A stretch of DNA of 63,872 nucleotides, filler included, from Saprolegnia diclina VS20 (taxonomy: Eukaryota): the NCBI RefSeq assembly GCF_000281045.1. It is 5 parts of 2 records of this genome, joined end to end, with 100 filler letters (N's around TTAATTAATTAA, not from the genome) between each part and the next. Parts side by side here need not be neighbours in the genome. Positions count along the whole stretch, not along the records: positions 13,712 to 25,906 come from NW_008246072.1; positions 26,007 to 44,418 come from NW_008246072.1; 3 more parts are not named here. One strand, written 5' to 3'. A program made the position numbers and the translations under genes. Shown piece after piece: positions 22,583 through 32,793 of this stretch. A model generated the notes under the pieces. It searched no databases. It saw only the letters and a program-made list of their open reading frames with translations, and had not been told where the DNA came from. The stretch's first letter is position 1. Each line of letters opens with the position of its first letter.

Positions 22583-24329
22583 TTAGTTGGCCTTGCTGCC
22601 GATTTCGTGCAGAATCATGGCGTTCGTGCTCTTGGACTTGCCGAGGGGGCGGCCGCCGAGGAAGAGGACCATGTCGCCCTTGGTGACAAGGCCATTTTGC
22701 AGCAAGAGGGCCTCAGTGGCGTCGATAAAGGACGCCGTGCCCGACGGAACGGCCATGTGCACAGGCGTGACGCCGTTGAAGAGCGCCATCTGATGCACCG
22801 AGCGCTCGATCTCGGAGAAGGCGAGGATCGGGATCGTAAAGTCATGCTGGCTGAGGTACCGCGCGGCGTTGCCGTGCTGCGACCAGCACACCACCATCTT
22901 GGCCTTCGTTTCCTGGACCACATGCCACGCGCCAAAGGCCAGCGACGCCGTGAGGTGGTGGGCAGCGGCCGTCCGCGTCGGCGGCACGTGCTCCTTGACG
23001 TGGTTGCGCATGTAGCCTTCCGATGCCTCGATGATCTGGCCCATTGTCTCGACCACGAGCGCCGGGTGGGCCCCCGTCGCGCTCTCAGCCGAGAGCATGA
23101 CAGCGTCCGCGCCGTCAAAGATGGCGTTGGCGACGTCGCTCGCCTCGGCGCGCGTCGGAATCACGCTTGTGATCATCGATTCGAGCATCTGTGTGGCAAT
23201 GATACACGGCTTGCCGTACATTTGGCACGTTTCGATAATGTGCTTTTGGATGATCGGGACAGTTGCGAGCTCCATCTCGACGCCCAAGTCGCCTAAGTGA
23301 CGCGTGAGATGCCTCGTTGTTAACGGGGTTGAAGGACGCACCGCGGGCCACCATGACGCCGTCGCTGGCCTCGACGATTTCGTTGAGGTTGTCGATGGCC
23401 TGGGGCTTTTCAATCTTGGAAATGATGTGGAGTCGGTGGCCGTCCGTCTCGCTGAGCTTGGCCTTGAGCGCGTTGACTTCGTGCGCATTGCGGACGAACG
23501 AGAGCGCGACGTAGTCGAGGTCGTGGGCCATGGCCCACTCGACGCACGCCCAGTCCTTCTCGGTGATCGCCGGCGCCTTGATGTTGCTCTCTGGAAGGTT
23601 GATGCCCTTGCCGGACGTAATGTCACCGCCCACGAGCACTTGGCAGTGCAGCTCGTTGCCGTCGACACGCATCGCGCGCATGCGAATCGCACCGTCGTTG
23701 ATGAGCACGAGGTGCCCCGCCTCGACTTCGTGGACCATGTCCTTGTACGTGAGCGAGAGCACGGGCGTGCCGTCGTCGCGGAGGTGCGCTTCGGTCGCCG
23801 TGGCCGACAACACCACGACGTCGCCTGCGCGCACCTGGATAAGACCGCCGCCCGAGCGCGACGCCGTGTCGCCGACTTGAACAGACGCGGGCACGGCACC
23901 GACACGAATCTTCGGGCCTTGCAAGTCGCCGCAGACAGCAACGGGAATCTGTAGCGCGCGCGAGGCGGCACGGATCGCGTCCAGGCGCTGGCCGTGCGAC
24001 TCAAAGTCACCGTGGCTACAGTCTGTTGTGAGCGGCAGGGCCAGGGTCATGGACGAAACGTACCTAAAGTTCAGGCGGAAAATGCGCGCGCCACGCTCAA
24101 TGAGCTGCGTGAGCGTCTCGTGCGACTCGCTCGCAGGGCCCACCGTGCACATGATCTTGGTAAACTGCAACCTCAACGCATGAGGCACCGTTCAAGCGAG
24201 CACGTGTACCTTGGTCGTCGGCGGGATGTACGAGGAGGCGCGCGTCATGGGCGACGGTGCAGCGTAAAAGCGCTTGAGCAGCGGCGTCGGAAGGCGCGAC
24301 GAGGTAAGGAGCGAGCGGGACCAGACCAT
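22583..24329 (-). CDS. PYK: Pyruvate kinase with probable mitochondrial presequence (4 exons)
   Basis: TKIMCTVGPAS, RLNFSHG, DLQGPKIRVG, KGINLP, SKIE, DGVMVARGDLGVE, ATQMLESM, PTRAEASDVANAIFDGADAVMLSAESA. Exon 1 (24329-24210) reads MVWSRSLLTSSRLPTPLLKRFYAAP..; intron 24209-24165. Confidence 0.96.
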
Positions 24330-25836
24330 GGCAATTTTAGATGTATGGTACCGGTTGCCCCACGAAGATTTGGTTTGGTGTGGCCGCCGCTGATTGGTGG
24401 CGAATCTACGGATACGCGGTTTGTATCCGGATTGTTGAAGACTTTGGCAGGGGACACCTTGGGACAGCACGTTCTTGTGGCGTGTAGCGCGTTCCGTAGA
24501 AATCAAGTAGGCAGAAATCCAGCCGCACACCAAATGACGGCGATCGGCAGGTCCACGCCTTTTGACAGGTTGCATGTCAAGTTGCGCGAGCACATAACGT
24601 GCACATACACACCAACTGGGTACCGCCATTCTATGCAAACAGCTCGGAGGAAATGACGTCCTGGCACTGCTGTCGAGGTCGAGAAATGTGTGGTGGGTGT
24701 GCGCGGATTACGAAGGCGCTAAAGTCGACCAAACATTTTTGCTATTCGACGTCACGGGGAATGACCACGTGACGAACGACGCGCCATACGAAGGAGCACG
24801 CTCTCGTAGAAGCGCGCCAGTCCTAACTCGAGGCAAAATCGAAACGAATACAAGCAGCAAGGCCAGAGACAACGCAATCGCTCTCGAGCGGTAGCGCTTG
24901 AGCAAATGGAAGCAGAGGGGATAGAATCTATATGTTGCCTAATCAAAAGATATCTGATGAAGAGAGCGCCTCTGAGATGCCTGGTCGCCGCCTTGTCATT
25001 GAACAGTATGTGATATAACGCTTGTTGGAATGATCCCTCTGCGAGCCACCAGTCCCGGATCCTCCGCTCCGCTAAAATACACCGAGCCTGGGCAGCTCAC
25101 TTCTTCTTTTGGTTTCTCGACCGAAAGTGCTTTCTCGTTTGTCACTTCCCTCTCAACTGATGCGAGTTGGAACGACGGTTCTATGGACTAGCGCTGCGTG
25201 AAGAGATCAACATAGGATTCCTATCGAGTATTTCTAACTATGTGGCCAAAAATGTTGGTGAACCTGCGTGGTGGAGCGGACCGCGCGTCGATCGCCGCCG
25301 TTTGACGTCTAAATATGGCTATATATGTTAAAAATGCCTAAAAATGGTCATTGCCAGGATTAACATATTGCCGCTTTACTTCTGCTGTACACCTCAAACG
25401 CCAACGTGACATGACTTTTCGTGCACTTTAAAGTGGCTTCTATCGTCTGTCGAAGTTTCAGCGCTTTTGATTTGAGAGGTATGGCCGCCATCGCGTGGCC
25501 TGGTTTCGACGAGCCACGCTACAGGGCACTAGTGATTGGCTGAAATGATATAATAAACGGGCGAATCCAAAGCGTCGTTACGCAGAGCTTCTGGCTAATG
25601 AACCATAAACGTTGCAGCGTTACAATATTTGGCTCACGGACGAAAGGAAGAAAGAGAAAAAAAGAGGGAAGGAAGCAGCGAGAACGCTTGGAAAGCAGCG
25701 TACCTGTCTATGGTGTCCACTCGAAGACAACAGACGTCCGTGCTCCGGTCTGGGCTTCCAGGAAGTGCTCCTTCGAAGAATTAGACTTGATGTTTGTATT
25801 GAAGGTGCCATGAGATTCTCTGCCCCGCACGACTGT

Positions 25837-25906
25837 AAACGGGTGGCGCATTTTATTTGCAAGGTTGCAATGCTGTTGGTAGTGGGATTGTGGCGCCAAA
25901 AGCAAC
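25837..25906. repeat. 70-bp direct repeat, copy 2, running into the gap
   Basis: Identical to 21885-21954. Confidence 0.93.
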
Positions 25907-26006
25907 NNNNNNNNNNNNNNNNNNNNNNNNNNNNNNNNNNNNNNNNNNNNTTAATTAATTAANNNNNNNNNNNNNNNNNNNNNNNNNNNNNNNNNNNNNN
26001 NNNNNN
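25907..26006. other. Scaffold gap with linker
   Basis: N-run plus TTAATTAATTAA. Confidence 0.98.
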
Positions 26007-27021
26007 GGGAGCAACCACGCATGAACCGACATCGAGAGAAATGCCAGCCAGATACCTCGACGAGACAAGGCGGACCACGGCACCACGGGACAGCTGCATA
26101 AAACAAGCCATAAATGCACGATAGCAAAGCCAAAGAGTTGACCACAAGACCCAACTCCTCGCCAGCGTGCATGCTCATCCTGCTACTACAGTACGGGATG
26201 CCAAGCTAGCCGATCATCCGGATAATCATCGCGTCACTGTCGAAACATCGAGCATCCAATGGCATGCCGTTCTGAAGTCGTCATCGATGACACATCGATG
26301 ACATGCGACGAAGATTTGGGTAGATTCGCGTTGTGTCGACCTAGTACGCACGAACACGAGTGGTTCAAACAAAGGTGCTGCCACCTGCGTCGTTCTCTAC
26401 GGCGTCGAAAACTGTACATCACAAAAGCAATACACAGCGCGCCGTGCGCCAAACTCTCCAACTCTCCAACAAGAATTTCGCACGGCAAAAAACGGTACAA
26501 GATATTTTGAGAACGCACAGGATTCCCATCCGATCGGCGTCGACGTGCACGCCCACGTTTGGATTCAAGCTCAGATGCAAAGTCGACGCTTCTGTCAAGA
26601 TCGCAACTGCAAATGTCGAGATTGCTGACTCGGACTCTTCGTTGGTTTTCTGGTGGGTTTCCCTGCCTTTGCCACGTCATTGGTCGTTTGGCTTTTTCTC
26701 CTCATCATGTCTGAGGGTTGTGTCCTCTCCTCTCTGCCGAGTGTTTCACTAGCCGAGCTGCTGGTTTGTTAGCTTCAGTTGGCGGTCGTTGTCGATCGCA
26801 GCTGCCATGTTGTGTCGACGTGAACACCCGTCGTTGGGAGGCGGCAAAAAGTCGACACTGACTGACAGACGATACTACTCTCTGTGCACCCACGGGCCTG
26901 TTGACCTATCTGTTGATGCAACCATCACGCGATACAAAGCCCAAGTGCGTCGCGCTCAACATAAACGCGCGTCCTGCCATCCCCAACAACCGCGCTCAGT
27001 GTTGTTCTCGCCCCTTACTAC

Positions 27022-27768
27022 ATGCAGTGCCTTCGATCCCTCTCCCGCGCCTCACTGGTCGTCTTGGCCGAGCTCACCGAGCAGGCCGAACGGTACGACG
27101 ACATGGTGCACATCATGCGCACGCTCGTGACGACGCACCCGCTCCCGCTTTCGACACCCGAGATCAACCTCCTGACAACCGCATACAAGCATGTCATCGA
27201 CCGTATCCGGATCGCCGTCCGCGTCGTGCATGCTATTGACCTCCAATCGAGTCCGAAACACACTCTTGGGGAGTGCACAAAGCTGTACGAACGTGAGCTG
27301 GAACTCGAGTACCAGCGCGTTTGCCTCGAGATGCTCTCGCTGCTCGAAAAGTACCTTCTTCCGAGCGCGCAGTCGAGCGACTGCGACACCGTGTGCTTTC
27401 TCAAGACGCAAGGCGATTACCACCGGTACCTTGCCGAGCTCCGCGGTGGCAGCAGCGACCTCCAGCACATCGATCGTGGCCGGTCGTCGTACTCGAAAGC
27501 CTATGCGCTCGCCAAGACGTGCATGACGACAACCCACGCGTTTCGGCTCGGCCTCGCGCTCAACTACTCGGTGTTTGTATACGAAGTGCTCCAAGAGCCT
27601 CAGGTTGCATATGACCTCGCCAAAGACGCTCTGGACGGCGCGCATATGGATTTTGATGAGACGAGCCCCGACGCGTCGTCCGACCACGTAAGGGAAACGA
27701 CGCTAACGCTGCAGTTGCTGCAGAGCAACCTTCAACTTTGGATCGCCAACGGCAATGTCACGCCCTGA
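27022..27768 (+). CDS. Divergent 14-3-3 protein (intronless)
   Basis: EQAERYDDM, NLLTTAYK, GDYHRYLAE, RLGLALNYSVFVYE, LQLLQSNLQLW. Confidence 0.92.
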   Translation: MQCLRSLSRASLVVLAELTEQAERYDDMVHIMRTLVTTHPLPLSTPEINLLTTAYKHVIDRIRIAVRVVHAIDLQSSPKHTLGECTKLYERELELEYQRVCLEMLSLLEKYLLPSAQSSDCDTVCFLKTQGDYHRYLAELRGGSSDLQHIDRGRSSYSKAYALAKTCMTTTHAFRLGLALNYSVFVYEVLQEPQVAYDLAKDALDGAHMDFDETSPDASSDHVRETTLTLQLLQSNLQLWIANGNVTP

Positions 27769-28195
27769 GTCCACACGCCTGGACATTCTTGATGTAACTG
27801 TAGATAAAAAGGCTGTACTTAATCTTGTACAAGGACCTTTTGTGTGTCCACGATGACGACCAGAGGTGAATACATTCGGGTTGAGCGACAGGATCCACGT
27901 CGTGCGCGCCAAATTCAAATCGGCTCGCACAAGTGCGCATGCTTATGGCCTATATAGGGGTTTTATAGTCCTAAAGAGGACTAAAATGCCCACTGGAAAA
28001 GCGTACTTTACGGGGGCATTCAATAAAATACACTTTCCCAAAAGGTACTTGAGTTCAGTATGCGAGCACACGACGATGGCGTGCGCCACTTGCCAGCATC
28101 TGAACTTTACGTTTTTGTTTATTAAATAGCTTGGTTTTTGTATGGCAATGGCCACGACGGCATAAAAATATACCTTTGAGATTTAATGGTGGTCA

Positions 28196-29422
28196 ATGGA
28201 TAAAAAGAAGGAGGTCGAAGGACTTTTCGGCCAACCACAATTCGCGTTACATCGTCATCATTCGGGCAGGCAGCAGCAGGCCGGGCGACAGCGACAACGG
28301 ATGAGCCGCGAGGAGCGGAAGACGGCGCAGATATGGGCGTCCATTGAGAAGATGCAGAAGAAAGAGGAAGACAACATGAACCACTCGGACAACAGCAGCA
28401 GCGACCGCCAGGCCAAGCGCAAGAAGGGTCGCAAGAAGGACCGGAAGCGCGACTCGCTCGACGACGACGCGTCGACCGCGCTCACGATGCACAAGAGCGA
28501 CTGCCAGTCGTGGCGGACCAACCCATTCGTACCGCCGACCAAGAAGTGGCGGTCACGCTGGGAGCACAACCATCCGCGGCCATCGCCGACGATCGACACT
28601 ATGGCGAGCCCAACGAAACAGGAACCCGCCGACGTGGTGGCACCGCCGCAAATCGACACGACCATGGACAGCGAGCCGACACCGCCAGCGCCGTGCGTCG
28701 CGCCTGCGAAAGCATCGACGCCGTCGATGCCAACCACGGTCCAGCACTTGTCACAGGAGCCCGACCCCGAAGACGACGAAGAAGAGGAAGGCCTTGTCAA
28801 GGAAGATGACATCGAGCCCGCGCCCGTGCAAGCGACGCCTGAGCCTACGAACGTGCCCATCGTCGAGCGGTCCGTTGAGGACGACAAGGCGATTGACGAG
28901 TGCAAGGTAGACACATTGGCCGCCGAAGCACCACCAAGCGTTGTCGCCGTCCCGACGGCAGCTGTGGCGCCGCCCTCCTTGCATGTAGATGAGCCCGAGC
29001 CGGCGCCGCTTCCCGTCGCGTCTCCGAGCGTGTCCAAGTCGTCGAGGTCGCCGTCAGTTGATGACAGCGTGCGGAGTCCGTCGACGAGCGCGGAGCGGCC
29101 ACGGCTATTGAGTGAAATGAACGCGATTGGCTCACGGCGGAAACGAAAGTCGCTCTGGGACGTGGGCGATCCGCGCCTCGGGCACGAGCGCACCCATGAC
29201 CTCGCGCCCTCGTGGCAGAACTTTGCGTCCCCGCCGTTGAACGCCCCCGCGTCGTCGTCGTCGTCATCCTCTTCGTCCTTCCATGCGCCGAGCAGCGGGT
29301 CTGCGTCGTCGCGACGGTACCAGCCGTACATCCAGCCCCGCGGGCGATCGTGGAACAACAGCAGCGCGACGCCGCCGCCAGCGTCCTCGAGCACGACGCC
29401 CAGCACCAGCTACACGCGGTAG
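28196..29422 (+). CDS. Low-complexity Pro/Ser-rich, probably disordered nuclear protein
   Basis: 408-aa ORF with basic clusters (KRKKGRKKDRKR, RRKRKSLWD) plus acidic and Ser tracts. Confidence 0.6.
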   Translation: MDKKKEVEGLFGQPQFALHRHHSGRQQQAGRQRQRMSREERKTAQIWASIEKMQKKEEDNMNHSDNSSSDRQAKRKKGRKKDRKRDSLDDDASTALTMHKSDCQSWRTNPFVPPTKKWRSRWEHNHPRPSPTIDTMASPTKQEPADVVAPPQIDTTMDSEPTPPAPCVAPAKASTPSMPTTVQHLSQEPDPEDDEEEEGLVKEDDIEPAPVQATPEPTNVPIVERSVEDDKAIDECKVDTLAAEAPPSVVAVPTAAVAPPSLHVDEPEPAPLPVASPSVSKSSRSPSVDDSVRSPSTSAERPRLLSEMNAIGSRRKRKSLWDVGDPRLGHERTHDLAPSWQNFASPPLNAPASSSSSSSSSFHAPSSGSASSRRYQPYIQPRGRSWNNSSATPPPASSSTTPSTSYTR

Positions 29423-30087
29423 AGTATATCTTGCTCTCCATCTATTTGTCCAATTTGCCTCTTCAATTTTTGTGCGTCAACGTCCGCTGAGACGCATCAA
29501 AGTACGTGCGTTGGTTGCTGGAAGAGCACTCGAGGCGAGCAGAAGCTCCATCTTGCTCCTGCCAACGATGACGACCGATGCGTCATGGTCAACAACGTGG
29601 TATACACCCACATAATCGCACGCTGACATTGCCTCGTCATGATTTTGGGATGGCCATAAATGACGTGGCAGGCGGACGTGTGGACACGTGCTTGTGAGAA
29701 CGTACGGTGGTTTGGCGTCGCCGTGAGAAGTTTCCGAATGGTCGATGGAAAACGAAGTGTTGAATCTCTCTCGATACAACGTTGGTGGTGCCGCCGTGCG
29801 CCGTTTTATAAACTATGAGTCGGTCGCAGCTAAGCTTAGCCATCTTAGTTTCGACGCATTTGGCTCGAAGCCTTGGTCAGAGCACCGTCTGTCTTGATTC
29901 AAAACACTGAGCCTCGCTACAGTGCCCGTTGGGTTTGTCTGCACCACGCCGTGTGCATGATCGACCAAGGAGCACCTGGCGTTGTGCGTGCATCACATAT
30001 ATATATCACGTCACCAAGATCTTATGATCCAAGATGCCAAGAGCCGTACCCCGAAACGAGCGAAGAATCCGTCACTGCAGTTTGAAA

Positions 30088-30564
30088 ATGAACCCGATTC
30101 GAGATCCCGACCTGATCCGCGTCGTCGTCTCGTTCCAGGAAGGCTTGCCGAGAGACCTCGTGTGCCTGCGCAGTTGCACGCCATCGGCAACCGAGCTGGA
30201 GCTCTGGCCGACGGCGAGGCTGCTGCAACACCTCCAACGCGTCCAGAGACACGTGGGGCCGTATCTCGCTCGTGATCGCCTCGAGCGAGCGATGACGCAT
30301 TTGCCGCATTTGCCAGCCCACGTTCTGTATGCGGCCGTGTACTTTGGCCTGCACGACGTGGTCCGCGACCTCTGTGATATTTGTGTGGTGACGCCGCGGC
30401 TACTGGACCTGGCGACGTGGCAGCATCACACAAGCATCCAGCGTCTTCTCAAGACCAAACTGGGCCACTCTGCCGCGACAACAACGTACGGGCGAATCAG
30501 CCAAGACGTGCGGGCGCTGAGCGCCATACCTGCGTTTGCGAGTGCGTGGCAGTGCTACGACTAG
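30088..30564 (+). CDS. Small hypothetical protein (helical, possibly degenerate ankyrin-like)
   Basis: MNPIRDPDLIRVVVSFQEGLP...AAVYFGLHDVVRDL...LLDLATWQHHTSIQRLL resembles decayed ankyrin-type helices. Confidence 0.5.
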   Translation: MNPIRDPDLIRVVVSFQEGLPRDLVCLRSCTPSATELELWPTARLLQHLQRVQRHVGPYLARDRLERAMTHLPHLPAHVLYAAVYFGLHDVVRDLCDICVVTPRLLDLATWQHHTSIQRLLKTKLGHSAATTTYGRISQDVRALSAIPAFASAWQCYD

Positions 30565-30801
30565 TCGTGTTGTCGATAGTATGCTATTGACAAGGTGAAA
30601 AGCGTTGTTATTCAATGGCAAAATATACTTATGGGAAGCAAGACTTCTACGATTTGAAAAGCAAAAGCACTTGCGCAATTTAGAAGTGAAATATTCCCGT
30701 GGCCCCCGACCACGTGCCAAGGCGAATTTTTTCGGTGGAGGAGGGTAGAAGGATAGGAGGGTAGGTGCAGACATGGGACTATACCAGGTGGTTGAAATAG
30801 C

Positions 30802-31700
30802 TTACGAGATATTTAGGACTAGGCTAATGGGTCGACGCAGCTTTGTGCGATCCGCACATGCTGCACGTGCTGAGGTTGGTGCGGTTGACAAACGTACAGC
30901 AATCGCACGACCACGACTTGAGTGAGACAAGAACCGCTGCAGCCTTGGGTTTTGCTCGGCCTTTTTTCTGGGATGATAGAACGTTCTTGGTCGGGCGGCG
31001 TTGGGGCGTCGACGAGAAGATCGAGTAAAGCTTCTAGCATGCCTCCCTAGAGAACCTGTTTCAAGCGAATGACGTACGGAGGAGGACGGTTGTGGCGTCA
31101 AAGTAGACAGCGCGGCTTCGTGTACGTGTAATACGTCGGTAAATTCGGGGTCTGTCTGCAAGAACGCAAGTGTCTTCTCGAGCGCCTCGGTCTCCTGTGC
31201 TTGGAGCGCCTGGGCGCGCTGCAACTTGCACTCTTCGTAGTAGGCGTGGAGCTCGCCGGGTTTGGCCGGGATCTATTTCGTTGTGGCGTTGTGAGAGGCA
31301 GGATGCTGGACGCGTGCGCCCACTTGGTCGGTTGGCGGCGTCGTCTCTTCTTCAAATGTGATGTCGTCAAGGCCTTGCGTACGAGCTTGAATTTCGGCCG
31401 CGAACGCTTCGTCGACCTACATGCAGTAAGCGGTTTGATGCATATGCGAGTCGGTAGGACAGACCTTGTTCGTCTTGCGCCGGGCAAAGCCAATGATGCG
31501 GTTGCGGCAGAAGGCGCAGCTTGTGGAGGTGATCGCGATCGACCGGTCAAAGCAGCCTAGGCTAGCCGGGCTCACGCCGCCTGCAGAGAAGGGCTATCGT
31601 ACCACAGGTGCTTCTTGCAGCAGGGCAGCTGGACCGGCGACGATAGTAGCTCCAGGCAGAGTGGACATTGGAAGCGGAGTGGCAGCCGCGCCGAGCTCAT
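30802..31700 (-). CDS. RING-HC E3 ubiquitin ligase, RNF168-like (>=4 exons; 3' end approximate)
   Basis: Splicing introns 31602-31562, 31464-31417 and ~31323-31273 gives MSSARLPLRFQCPLCLELLSSPVQLPCCKKHLCLGCFDRSIAITSTSCAFCRNRIIGFARRKTNKVDEAF...IPAKPGELHAYYEECKLQRAQALQAQETEALEKT. Confidence 0.78.
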
Positions 31701-31926
31701 GCGGTCGACGGTCGCGTGCTCCGACTTTTAGCCAATCGTTGGCACGCCATCGGAATGCACGTACGGGATTGGCTGGGACCAGGCCAATTTGTTTTTTTAT
31801 ATCGGGTAGGAGTACCATTCCGTAAGCCGGTTTGACTAAACGACACTTGGTTGATGTATGTCGCCTAGATGGCACCATGTGGCGGAACCAAAGAGCGGTT
31901 TTGGCAGACAAGATATGGTGGCTTCT
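31701..31926. promoter_or_regulatory. Putative bidirectional promoter with three CCAAT boxes
   Basis: 226-bp spacer between divergent ATGs (31700 and 31927) containing GCCAAT (~31731), ATTGG (~31768) and GCCAAT (~31783). Confidence 0.55.
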
Positions 31927-32504
31927 ATGGCAGGTCTCCTCGCGTCCTTCCTGCGCGCCCGTGGGGTCCTCGTCCTTGGCGCCGCCGGCGCAGCGCTCTT
32001 CTACCTCGATATGCTCGATGAGGCTGTCGCATTCGTGCAGTCGTATGGCTGGTTCCTTCTCCTCGGCGCGGGCGTCGTCCTGTACGCCGACCACCACCTC
32101 GGCCAGCTTCTCGTTCGCTGGGACGTCGCGCGCTCGCTCCAAGCGGCCAACGGTACGCGTGTTGTAGCTCTACCAGCGATCTTATGGGTGTCTCTTGGGG
32201 CGGCGTAGATCCAAACCGCGTCGACATTCTGCGCATTGAAGCGCGCAAGGCCCGGGAGCGCCAGCAGCTCGAACTCGAGGCGCAGGTACGGTCGCACATC
32301 CAATACTCGTCCACGCCGCTCATGTGTGAAGGCTAGAGCAAAGCCCACAAAGAAGCGGCTGCCGTAAAGAAAAAGGAGGTCCGCAAGCCTGCGTCACCCC
32401 CGCGCCGCTCCGAGCACGACGACTACAACCCGTTGACAGGTGCGACGAGCACGGCGCGCTACAAGCCATCGGGCTTTGCACGCCCTCGTGGTGGATGACG
32501 CTAA
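31927..32504 (+). CDS. SELENOS: Selenoprotein S (SelS/VIMP)-like; Sec encoded by TGA at 32496-32498
   Basis: Exons 31927-32152, 32209-32285 and 32337-32504 give YGWFLLLGAGVVLY (TM), coiled-coil KARERQQLELEAQSKAHKE and C-terminus DYNPLTG..RPRGG-TGA-CGC-TAA. This matches the SelS YNPL..GGU ending, and a SECIS lies downstream. Confidence 0.87.
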
Positions 32505-32558
32505 GCAAGAGCATGACCATCGTCCATGTTCTCGCCTTGCCATGACCGAGCCGTTGCC

Positions 32559-32625
32559 CGTGGCATGATGATCGCTCGACTCCCAAGGAATCTCATGGTT
32601 CACGGGTCGAGCAGGAGCCGCCACG
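32559..32625 (+). promoter_or_regulatory. SECIS element (type II) in the SelS 3' UTR
   Basis: Helix I CGTGGC/GCCACG; core ATGA (32568) with GA (32615-16); helix II GCTCGACTC/GGGTCGAGC; unpaired AA (32585-86); apical mini-stem GAATC/GGTTC. Confidence 0.85.
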
Positions 32626-32793
32626 ACTGCAGCCGCTCTGCTTGATGCACCGTAGGCCGCTTATGCCAGCCTACGCGTCCTCGTAATCAAGCATGTCCAT
32701 GGCTACTTGCTGTTGCGACTTGCAAAGACGCAAAACGAACGATACACTAGCGTGCATTCTACGACACACAAAGGGAGTTCTCTACGGCGTGGC

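Noticed and set aside
26545..27900. Peptide LSLNPNV encoded on the minus strand at both ~26560 and ~27880
   Set aside because: Only 7 residues, with divergent DNA and no flanking similarity; probably chance.
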